Below are positions 9,969 through 17,777 of a stretch of DNA of 28,740 bases, piece by piece; within the stretch, counting starts at the first letter, position 1; each line of letters opens with the position of its first letter. The notes beneath the pieces are model-generated. The model did no database searches. It was not told where the DNA came from and worked only from the letters and a program-made list of their open reading frames with translations. The stretch spans positions 1 through 28,740 of the forward strand of contig JBNJFI010000018.1 of the NCBI GenBank assembly GCA_051746725.1, read 5' to 3'. A program made the position numbers and the translations under genes. The DNA is from Fusobacteriota bacterium. GTDB taxonomy: Bacteria > Fusobacteriota > Fusobacteriia > Fusobacteriales > JBNJFI01.

Positions 9969-11387
9969 ATGATAAAAATACATGATACCATGAAAAATAA
10001 ACTAACGAATTTTATACCTAAGAATAAAGACGAGGTAAATATGTATGTATGTGGTCCAACGGTATATAATCGTATTCATATTGGAAATGCAAGACCAATT
10101 ATCTTTTTTGATACTGTTAGAAGGTATCTTGAATATGAAGGATATAATGTGAAATATGTTCAAAATTTTACAGATATAGATGATAAAATGATAAAAAAAG
10201 CAAATGAAGAAGGAGTATCAGTAAAAGAAATTGCTGATAGATATATCGAAAAATATTTTGAGGATACAAAAGATTTAAATATAGATGAAAAAAACAGTAT
10301 ACATCCAAGGGCAACAGATAATATACAAGAGATGATAAATTTAGTAAAAGATCTAGAAAATAAAGACTATGCTTATGAAAATGAAGGGGATTTATATTTT
10401 AGAGTTAAAAAATTTAAAGACTATGGAAAACTTTCTCATCAAAATATAGAAAACTTAAAAGTTGGAGCTAGAATAGAAGAAAATCTCCAAAAAGAGGATC
10501 CTATTGATTTTACCTTATGGAAGAAAAGCAAAAAAGGGGAACCTAGTTGGAAATCTCCTTGGGGGAAGGGAAGACCAGGATGGCATTTAGAATGTTCGGT
10601 TATGAGTAAAAAATATTTAGGAGATACTTTTGATATACATGGCGGAGGACAAGATTTAATTTTTCCTCACCATGAAAATGAAATAGCTCAATCAGAAGCT
10701 TTAACCGGAAAAACTTTTGCTAAATATTGGATGCATAATGGTTACTTGAATATAAATGGAGAAAAAATGTCCAAATCAGAGGGGAATTTCTTTCTTCTAA
10801 AAGATATTTTAGAAAAATATGAGGGAAGAGTTATCAGGTTTTTTATGTTGAGTTCTCATTATAGAAACCCTATTGATTTTAATGAAGAAGAAATGAGTAA
10901 TGCTCAAAAAAGTTTAGAAAGAATAGAAAATACTATTTTCAGAATAGATGAGTTTTTAGGTCAAAATGAAGATTCACCTACTGATCATGATTTAAAATCT
11001 TTATATATTAATAATATAGAAGAATTTAAACAAGCAATGGATACCGATTTTAATACGGCCAAGGCCTTGGGGGTCATTTTTAAATTAATAAAAGAGGTAA
11101 ATAAGAAATTAAGTGAAGATAAAGCTAAAGATCAGAAAACTTTATCTCATATAAAAGATTTTATAATTGATATAATGCAAAATATTCTCGGTGTGAAATT
11201 AAATCGAAAAAGAACTCAGGAAGATAATTTGACAGGAGATTTAGTTGAACTTTTGTTGGATATAAGAATGAAAGCAAAAAAAGAAAAAAACTGGGGATTA
11301 GCAGATGAAATAAGAGATAGGTTAAAAGATTTAGATATAGAAATAAAAGATGGAAAGGAAAAGAGTTCGTGGAGTATAAAAAGATAA
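9969..11387 (+). CDS. cysS: Cysteine--tRNA ligase
   Basis: CGPTVY..HIGNAR (HIGH), NFTDIDDK, GRPGWHLECS, DIHGGGQDL.FPHHENE, KMSKS. ATG 9969 follows AAGGGAG (the ORF track starts at TTG 9942). Confidence 0.97.
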   Translation: MIKIHDTMKNKLTNFIPKNKDEVNMYVCGPTVYNRIHIGNARPIIFFDTVRRYLEYEGYNVKYVQNFTDIDDKMIKKANEEGVSVKEIADRYIEKYFEDTKDLNIDEKNSIHPRATDNIQEMINLVKDLENKDYAYENEGDLYFRVKKFKDYGKLSHQNIENLKVGARIEENLQKEDPIDFTLWKKSKKGEPSWKSPWGKGRPGWHLECSVMSKKYLGDTFDIHGGGQDLIFPHHENEIAQSEALTGKTFAKYWMHNGYLNINGEKMSKSEGNFFLLKDILEKYEGRVIRFFMLSSHYRNPIDFNEEEMSNAQKSLERIENTIFRIDEFLGQNEDSPTDHDLKSLYINNIEEFKQAMDTDFNTAKALGVIFKLIKEVNKKLSEDKAKDQKTLSHIKDFIIDIMQNILGVKLNRKRTQEDNLTGDLVELLLDIRMKAKKEKNWGLADEIRDRLKDLDIEIKDGKEKSSWSIKR

Positions 11388-11767
11388 AGGAGTTAAATAA
11401 TTTGGCGTTGGCTTACCTAGGAGATGCTAAATGGGAATTAGAAGTACGAAACTTTTTTGTAAAAAAAAATTATAAAGTTAAGAAATTAAATAATTTAGTA
11501 CGAAAATATGTGCGAGGAAATTCCCAAAGTAAGATATATGAACTTATAAAAGATAACTTAAGCGAAAGAGCAAAATATATTTCTAAACGAGCTAGAAACA
11601 GCAAAATAAAATCATGTCCGAAATCTTGTACTTATAAAGAATATAAAAATGCAACAGCATTTGAAGCATTGATTGCATATTATTATTATACGGATCAAGA
11701 AGAAAAAATTAAAAATATATTAAAAAAAGGAATAGAAGGTGAAGATGATGGGAAAAGGAAAAGTTAA
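11369..11767 (+). CDS. mrnC: Mini-ribonuclease III
   Basis: LAYLGDA.WEL.VR, RARN, Y..ATAFEALI. 132 aa, overlapping the 3' end of cysS in the conserved cysS-mrnC order. Confidence 0.9.
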   Translation: MEYKKIKELNNLALAYLGDAKWELEVRNFFVKKNYKVKKLNNLVRKYVRGNSQSKIYELIKDNLSERAKYISKRARNSKIKSCPKSCTYKEYKNATAFEALIAYYYYTDQEEKIKNILKKGIEGEDDGKRKS

Positions 11768-12794
11768 AAATAAGATGAGAAATATGTTTAGCATTAAAAA
11801 AAGAATAGGAATAGATTTAGGAACAGCAAATACTTTAGTATTTCATAAGGGTAAAGTTGTTTTAAACGAACCTTCTGTAGTTGCAGTAGAAAAAGGAACT
11901 AAACAGGTTTTAGCAGTAGGAAAAGAAGCACGAGATATGATAGGTAAAACACCGGATAATATTATTGCTGTTCGTCCTCTTAGAGAAGGAGTTATAGCAG
12001 ATTATGATATAACCGAGGGAATGATAAGATACTTTATAAAAAAAGTTTTTGGGAATCATAGTATTTTTTCTCCTGAGGTAATGATATGTGTACCTATTGA
12101 AGTAACAGGAGTTGAAAAACGAGCTGTATTAGAGGCTACTTTAGCTGCTGGAGCCAAAAAAGCTTTTTTGATAGAAGAAGCTAGAGCTGCAGCCTTAGGT
12201 GCAGGGATTGACATAGCGGCCCCTGAGGGAAGCATGGTTTTAGATATAGGAGGTGGTTCTGCTGATGTTGCAGTTATTTCTTTAGGTGGAACTGTTGTTA
12301 ATAGATCAGTAAGAACTGCAGGTAATAATTTTGATGAAGATATAATAAAGTATGTCAAAAAAGAGTATAATTTATTAATCGGAGATAAAACAGCGGAATA
12401 TATAAAAATAAAAATAGCTTCTGCTTTGCCTTTGGAAGAAGAAGAATCAGTAGAAGTAAAGGGAAGAGATCTAATAGAAGGATTACCTAAAACAATAACA
12501 CTTAATTCAAATGAGGTATTAGAAGCCATACATGATTCTCTAATGATAATAGTTAGTGATGTTAAAAAAGTTCTGGAAAAAACTCCACCTGAATTATCAG
12601 CCGATATAGTAGATAAAGGAATTGTTATGACAGGAGGAGGAGCCTTGATTAGAAATTTTCCTAAGTTAATCTCAAATAATACACAACTTCCTGTTCATAT
12701 TGCAGATAACCCATTGCAATCTGTTGTTTTTGGAACTGGAATGGCATTGGATAATCTTGATATATTAAAAAAGTTAGACAAGGCTGAAAGATAG
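11748..12794 (+). CDS. mreB: Rod shape-determining actin homologue MreB/Mbl
   Basis: IGIDLGTANT, NEPSVVA, RPLREGVIAD, DIGGGSADVAVISLGG, TPPELSADI, TGGGAL. The start is uncertain (11739/11745/11748). No mreC follows. Confidence 0.93.
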   Translation: MGKGKVKNKMRNMFSIKKRIGIDLGTANTLVFHKGKVVLNEPSVVAVEKGTKQVLAVGKEARDMIGKTPDNIIAVRPLREGVIADYDITEGMIRYFIKKVFGNHSIFSPEVMICVPIEVTGVEKRAVLEATLAAGAKKAFLIEEARAAALGAGIDIAAPEGSMVLDIGGGSADVAVISLGGTVVNRSVRTAGNNFDEDIIKYVKKEYNLLIGDKTAEYIKIKIASALPLEEEESVEVKGRDLIEGLPKTITLNSNEVLEAIHDSLMIIVSDVKKVLEKTPPELSADIVDKGIVMTGGGALIRNFPKLISNNTQLPVHIADNPLQSVVFGTGMALDNLDILKKLDKAER

Positions 12795-13780
12795 TGGGCA
12801 TAGATAATTTAGTAGGAAATAAAAGAGTAAAAAAACTGCTGAAAATGGAGTCTAAAAAAGGTATTAATTCTGGGACTTATCTTTTTGCAGGAAAAACTGG
12901 TGTGAATTTATTTGAATTTGCAAAGGGGTTTGCTAAAATCCTAAACTGTAATGAAATTGAAGATGATTATTGTGATAATTGCAGAATATGTAGGAATATA
13001 GATAAGATGGTTTACGCCGATTTAGAGATTATCGAACCTGAAAAAGGAATTATAAAGGTAGATCAAGTAAGGGATATGATAAAAGAGGCGGTTCAATCGA
13101 GCTACAATGAAAACAGCAAAAAAGTTTTTATAATAAAACAGGCTGATAGATTAAAAGTAGAAGCAGCAAATGCTATTTTAAAAACAATAGAAGAGCCTCC
13201 TAAAGATACTTTTTTTATAATGCTCACAAATGATATGATAAATATATTGCCTACTATAAAGTCTAGATCTTTTATAATAGATTTTAAAGCGTTGAGTGCA
13301 GATGAACTAAAAGTTTCTAAAAAAATATTTCACTTTTTTGAAGGAAACATAGAGGATATATTAAAATTCAAAAAGGAGTTATCCCATGAAAAGATAACTG
13401 AAGAAATATTAGAAAAAAAAGTTAATTACACAGATATAGGGGAATATCTAAAAAAATATTTAGAACCTGACCAAGAAACAGAAAAAAATAAAAAAGAGAA
13501 TCTAAAATATAATATAAAAAATAAGACATTAATAATTAATGGGATTAATGATTATATAAGCAAAAAAGATAAGCTTTCTGATCTTGAAAAAATAGAATTC
13601 ATAGAAATAATAGAGAAAAATATAGGAAAAAATCGAGATGAATTAAAAGATATTTTATATCTTTTTATATTAAAAGATAAAGAAAATACTGAACTTGAAT
13701 ATCTTTTAGAAATAAAAAATAGTTTGAAATATTATACGAATATATCATTAGTATTATATAATTTTTTTCTAAAATATTAA
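12794..13780 (+). CDS. holB: DNA polymerase III delta' subunit (clamp loader)
   Basis: YLFAG with degenerate Walker A, Zn motif C...CDNCRIC, IKVDQVR, KVFII..AD, AANAILKTIEEPP, ILPTIKSR. Confidence 0.88.
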   Translation: MGIDNLVGNKRVKKLLKMESKKGINSGTYLFAGKTGVNLFEFAKGFAKILNCNEIEDDYCDNCRICRNIDKMVYADLEIIEPEKGIIKVDQVRDMIKEAVQSSYNENSKKVFIIKQADRLKVEAANAILKTIEEPPKDTFFIMLTNDMINILPTIKSRSFIIDFKALSADELKVSKKIFHFFEGNIEDILKFKKELSHEKITEEILEKKVNYTDIGEYLKKYLEPDQETEKNKKENLKYNIKNKTLIINGINDYISKKDKLSDLEKIEFIEIIEKNIGKNRDELKDILYLFILKDKENTELEYLLEIKNSLKYYTNISLVLYNFFLKY

Positions 13781-13793
13781 AAAAGGAGATGAA

Positions 13794-14393
13794 ATGATAG
13801 TAATCATTGATTATGGAATGGGGAATCTTCCAAATGTAAAAAGAGCTTTAAACAAATTTACTGATGAAGTTAAAATAAGTTCTGATATAAAAGAGATAAA
13901 AAAATCTGATAAATTAATTTTACCAGGAGTAGGCGCATTTGGAGATGCAATGCGAAATATCGATAAATTAGGACTACGAAATGTAATTATAGAGCAGGCA
14001 AAACAGAAACCGCTTTTAGGAATATGTTTAGGATTGCACTTGCTTTTTGAAAAAAGCGAAGAAGATCCTACTGAGAAAGGATTAGGTTTAGTAAAGGGAG
14101 ATGTAAAAAAGTTCCCTAACAAAAAAGGTTATAAAATCCCTGAGATGGGTTGGAATAATATAACTAAGACAAAAGAAAGTAAGATATTAGAAGGAGTGGA
14201 AAATGGTGAGTATTTCTATTTCGTTCACTCTTATTATATAGATGAAAGCGAAGATGTTTCAGCAGCTAAAACAGAATATATGATTGATTTTACATCAGTT
14301 ATAGAAAAAGAAAATATTATGGCTATGCAATTTCATCCAGAAAAAAGCCATAATGCAGGACTTAAAATATTAGAAAATTTTGTAAATTTATAA
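13794..14393 (+). CDS. hisH: Imidazole glycerol phosphate synthase glutaminase subunit
   Basis: IDYGMGNL, LPGVGAF, GICLG (catalytic Cys), MGWN, YFVHSYY, QFHPEKS. Confidence 0.93.
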   Translation: MIVIIDYGMGNLPNVKRALNKFTDEVKISSDIKEIKKSDKLILPGVGAFGDAMRNIDKLGLRNVIIEQAKQKPLLGICLGLHLLFEKSEEDPTEKGLGLVKGDVKKFPNKKGYKIPEMGWNNITKTKESKILEGVENGEYFYFVHSYYIDESEDVSAAKTEYMIDFTSVIEKENIMAMQFHPEKSHNAGLKILENFVNL

Positions 14394-14406
14394 ACGGGAG
14401 GATAAA

Positions 14407-15321
14407 ATGAGTAATAACAAAAAAATTATAGAAAAAATAGAAAAGCTGAAAAAAGAAAAAAATGCGGTGATACTAGCTCATAATTATCAATCAGAAGATA
14501 TTCAAAATATAGCAGACTTTACAGGAGATTCTCTACAGTTAGCTAAGGAAGTTATAAAAGTTGAGGCAGATATAATCGTATTTTGTGGGGTTAGATTCAT
14601 GGCGGAAACAGCACATATGCTAAACCCTAATAAAAAAGTTTTATTACCTAGAATAGATGCAGGATGTCCCATGGCTGATACAATAACAGCAGAAGATGTA
14701 AAAGAATTAAGAAAAAAATATCCAGAACATACTTTTATAGCATACGTCAATACAAATGCAGATGTAAAAGCAAATATAGATATCTGTTGTACTTCATCAA
14801 ATGCATTAACAATAGTTAAAAATGTTGATAACGATAAACTAGTTTTTTTACCAGATAAAAACTTAGGTGCATATGTAAAAAATAAGGTTACAAATAAAGA
14901 GATTGTATTATGGGATGGTGAATGCAATGTTCATGATAAAATTACCCCTGAGGAAGTACAAGAGGCCAAAAAAAGACATCCAGATGCAAAGTTGATAGTA
15001 CATCCAGAGTGTAAAGCCGAAGTGTCAGAATTGGCAGATGCAGTTTTAAGTACAGGAGGAATGGTTAATTTTGTAAAGGAGACTGATGCAAAAAAGATAT
15101 TGGTAGGAACCGAACAAGGGATGATTCATAAATTAAAACGTGAAGCCCCAGAAAAAGAATACTTTACAGTATCAAATAGATTTATATGCCCCAACATGAA
15201 AAAGACGCATTTAGAAGATGTATTTGAATCTTTAAAGGAAGAAAAAACTGAAGTGACTTTAGATAAAGATATAAGAGAAAAAGGAAAAAAAACATTAGAT
15301 AAAATGTTAAAATATTTATAA
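14407..15321 (+). CDS. nadA: Quinolinate synthase
   Basis: LAHNYQ, GDSLQL, FCGVRFMAE, GCPMA, YVNT, CTSSNA, PDKNLG, CNVH, HPEC, CPNMK (three Fe-S Cys). Confidence 0.96.
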   Translation: MSNNKKIIEKIEKLKKEKNAVILAHNYQSEDIQNIADFTGDSLQLAKEVIKVEADIIVFCGVRFMAETAHMLNPNKKVLLPRIDAGCPMADTITAEDVKELRKKYPEHTFIAYVNTNADVKANIDICCTSSNALTIVKNVDNDKLVFLPDKNLGAYVKNKVTNKEIVLWDGECNVHDKITPEEVQEAKKRHPDAKLIVHPECKAEVSELADAVLSTGGMVNFVKETDAKKILVGTEQGMIHKLKREAPEKEYFTVSNRFICPNMKKTHLEDVFESLKEEKTEVTLDKDIREKGKKTLDKMLKYL

Positions 15322-15326
15322 AAATA

Positions 15327-15355
15327 TTGATTTATTAAAAAATATAAGTTATACT
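15327..15355 (+). promoter_or_regulatory. Internal sigma70-type promoter for leuA
   Basis: TTGATT (15327-15332), 17 nt, TATACT (15350-15355), overlapped by an imperfect inverted repeat at 15345-15374. Confidence 0.55.
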
Positions 15356-15428
15356 ATAATAAGTGTACAACTTAATTATGAAATTTAAAGTTAAAAGTCA
15401 GAGTAAAAAAATATTAGGAGTGATTTTA

Positions 15429-16964
15429 TTGAGAAAAATAGAAATTTTTGATACTACATTAAGAGACGGAGAACAGGCTCCAGGGGCTACTATGACTATA
15501 CAGGAAAAAGTTGAATTGGCAAAGATTTTAGAAGATTTAAATGTCGATGTAATAGAAGCTGGATTTCCAATAGCTTCAAAGGGAGATTTTAAGGCAGTAA
15601 AGGAGATATCAGAAACTTTAAAAAAATCTACTGTTACTGCTTTGGCTAGAGCTACTAATAAAGATATAGAAATAGCGGCAAAAGCCTTAAAGGATGCTGT
15701 AAATCCAAGGATACATACTTTTATAGCAACCTCTCCTATACATAGAGAGTTTAAACTCAGGTTAAGTAAGGAAGAGATAGTCAAAAAAGCTGTTAAAGCT
15801 GTAAAATTAGCTAAAAGTTATGTTGAAGATGTTGAATTTTCAGCGGAAGATGCAGGGAGAACAGAATTACCTTTTTTGTATGAAATATTTGAAAAAGTTA
15901 TTGATGCAGGTGCAACAGTAATAAATGTTCCAGATACAGTTGGATATAAAACACCAAAAGAATTTGGAGAATTTATAAAATCTATTAAGGAAAATGTTCC
16001 GAATATCAAAAAAGCAAAGGTTAGTGTTCATTGTCATAATGATCTAGGTTTGGCAGTTGCAAATTCACTAGCTGCAATTGATAATGGAGCAGATCAAGTA
16101 GAGTGTACATTAAATGGAATCGGGGAACGAGCAGGAAATGCTTCAATGGAAGAAATTGTAATGATTTTAGCAACTAGAAAGGATTTATATAAAGATATTT
16201 ATACAGATATAAAAACAGAAAAGATCTATAATGCAAGCAAAAAAGTTGAATTAGTAAGTGGTTTTGATATAGCTAAGAATAAGCCAATTGTAGGTAAAAA
16301 TGTGTTTTTGCATGAATCTGGAATTCATCAAGATGGTGTGTTAAAAGAAAGAACAACGTATGAAATTATGAGCCCTGAATCTATAGGAAGAAATGTTGAT
16401 AATATAGTTTTAGGAAAACATTCAGGAAGACATGCATTTGAAGTAAAATTAAAAAAGTTAGGATATAATTTAGTAAAAGAAGAATTTGAAAGAATGTATC
16501 AAAAATTTTTAGATGTATGTGATAATTTAAAAGAAGTTAATGAAGAAGATATTCGTGCTATAATTGAAGGAGAAAGGTCTACTGTGGAGAAGATATATGC
16601 ATTGGATTATGTAAGTGTTACCAGTGGAAGTATGTATCCAAATGCAGTTATAAGATTAACTAAAGATGAAAAAGAATATATGGAAACTTCAACAGGAGAT
16701 GGTCCTGTAGATGCTGCGTATAAAGCTATAGATAAAATTATTAATTCAGGATGTACTTTAATTGATTATAAGATTAAGGCAACAAGTGAAAAAAAGGAGA
16801 CATTAGGGGAAGCAAGAGTTAAAATAAAAGGGAATAAATATAATTTTTTAGGTATAGGAACTAGTACAGATATAATAGAAGCTAGTATAAAAGCTTATTT
16901 AAATGCAATAAATAAAATGTTAGTAGTAGAAAATGCAGAAAGGGGAGAAAAAGATGAAGTATAG
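15429..16964 (+). CDS. leuA: 2-isopropylmalate synthase
   Basis: FDTTLRDGEQ, IEAGFP, HTFIATS, FSAEDA, PDTVG, HCHNDLG, GERAGNA, HESGIHQDG, LGKHSG, C-terminal GDGPVDA. TTG 15429 follows AGGAG (the ORF track starts at 15363). Confidence 0.95.
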   Translation: MRKIEIFDTTLRDGEQAPGATMTIQEKVELAKILEDLNVDVIEAGFPIASKGDFKAVKEISETLKKSTVTALARATNKDIEIAAKALKDAVNPRIHTFIATSPIHREFKLRLSKEEIVKKAVKAVKLAKSYVEDVEFSAEDAGRTELPFLYEIFEKVIDAGATVINVPDTVGYKTPKEFGEFIKSIKENVPNIKKAKVSVHCHNDLGLAVANSLAAIDNGADQVECTLNGIGERAGNASMEEIVMILATRKDLYKDIYTDIKTEKIYNASKKVELVSGFDIAKNKPIVGKNVFLHESGIHQDGVLKERTTYEIMSPESIGRNVDNIVLGKHSGRHAFEVKLKKLGYNLVKEEFERMYQKFLDVCDNLKEVNEEDIRAIIEGERSTVEKIYALDYVSVTSGSMYPNAVIRLTKDEKEYMETSTGDGPVDAAYKAIDKIINSGCTLIDYKIKATSEKKETLGEARVKIKGNKYNFLGIGTSTDIIEASIKAYLNAINKMLVVENAERGEKDEV

Positions 16965-17121
16965 AGTTAAAATTTTTAATGAAAATGATGAAGTGATTTC
17001 TGACGATATTTGGTATGGGAGCTCAGTAGACAACGTAAAGTTCTGGGTTGATTTAGCAATAAAGGATATATTAAAAAAACTAAATTACAAACATCTTTAT
17101 TATGAAATTGAAGAGGTATAA
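16954..17121 (+). CDS. Small hypothetical protein (55 aa)
   Basis: ATG 16954 follows AGGGGAG and overlaps the end of leuA. Protein MKYRVKIFNENDEVISDDIWYGSS...YYEIEEV has a globular-looking beta-beta-alpha-beta pattern. Confidence 0.65.
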   Translation: MKYRVKIFNENDEVISDDIWYGSSVDNVKFWVDLAIKDILKKLNYKHLYYEIEEV

Positions 17122-17197
17122 ATTGGAGTAATTACCAGCTAAAAGAGTAATAACAAAATAAAAGAAGCAGGAGTGCCATAAACAAGGCTTATTATGT

Positions 17198-17226
17198 TTG
17201 AAGAAAAAGGGATTGTATAGTATAAT
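17198..17226 (+). promoter_or_regulatory. sigma70 promoter of the tRNA cluster
   Basis: TTGAAG (17198-17203), 17 nt, TATAAT (17221-17226), about 20 nt before tRNA-Val. Confidence 0.75.
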
Positions 17227-17247
17227 AAGTCTTGTTGTTAGGGAAAA

Positions 17248-17323
17248 GGACGCATAGCTCAGTTGGGAGAGCACCTGCCTTACAAGCAGGGGGTCACTGG
17301 TTCGAGCCCAGTTGTGTCCACCA
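17248..17323 (+). tRNA. tRNA-Val (TAC)
   Basis: 76 nt. Acceptor GGACGCA/TGTGTCC, anticodon arm CCTGC-CTTACAA-GCAGG, GGTTCGAG T-loop, encoded CCA. Confidence 0.97.
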
Positions 17324-17346
17324 ATTTTTTAACAATATGATTTAAT

Positions 17347-17423
17347 GGGGGTGTAGCTCAGCTGGTTAGAGCGCCTGCCTGTCACGCAGGAGGTCGCGAG
17401 TTCGAATCTCGTCACTCCCGCCA
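17347..17423 (+). tRNA. tRNA-Asp (GTC)
   Basis: 77 nt. Acceptor GGGGGTG/CACTCCC, CCTGC-CTGTCAC-GCAGG, GTTCGAAT, discriminator G, CCA. Confidence 0.97.
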
Positions 17424-17459
17424 TTAAAAATTAAAAAAGATATATGGTTAAAGATACGT

Positions 17460-17535
17460 GGCCAGATAGCTCAGTCGGTAGAGCAGGTGACTGAAAATCC
17501 CCGTGTCGGCGGTTCAAGTCCGCCTCCGGCCACCA
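17460..17535 (+). tRNA. tRNA-Phe (GAA)
   Basis: 76 nt. Acceptor GGCCAGA/TCCGGCC (one A-C mismatch), anticodon arm GGTGA-CTGAAAA-TCCCC (one T-C mismatch), T-arm GGCGG-TTCAAGT-CCGCC, CCA. Confidence 0.93.
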
Positions 17536-17545
17536 TTTTTTTTTG

Positions 17546-17619
17546 GGCGATGTCGCCAAGTGGTAAGGCAGAGGTCTGCAAAATCTCTATCGGCGGTTCA
17601 AATCCGCCCGTCGCCTCCA
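17546..17619 (+). tRNA. tRNA-Cys (GCA)
   Basis: 74 nt. Acceptor GGCGATG/CGTCGCC, GAGGT-CTGCAAA-ATCTC, U73 discriminator, CCA. Confidence 0.96.
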
Positions 17620-17646
17620 ATAAAAAATATATGTAATATAAACTAA

Positions 17647-17672
17647 ACAGGCAGTTGCCTGTGTTTTTTTTT
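17647..17672 (+). terminator. Intrinsic terminator of the tRNA cluster
   Basis: ACAGGC-AGTT-GCCTGT hairpin followed by G and a T9 tract. Confidence 0.85.
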
Positions 17673-17695
17673 GTTTTAAATTAATATTATCAAAT

Positions 17696-17724
17696 TTGCA
17701 AAAGCCATAAAAATATAGTACAAT
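17696..17724 (+). promoter_or_regulatory. sigma70-type promoter for the GntR gene
   Basis: TTGCAA (17696-17701), 17 nt, TACAAT (17719-17724). Confidence 0.55.
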
Positions 17725-17777
17725 ATATATAAGATAGAATCATTAATATAATACAATAAAAGAAAGTGGGATGAATA

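Noticed and set aside
6183..15428. T-box riboswitches or leader-peptide attenuators before cimA, cysE/cysS or leuA
   Set aside because: The spacers are too short, and no T-box consensus (AAnnnGGGTGGnACC-like) or Leu/Ile-rich leader with terminator is visible.
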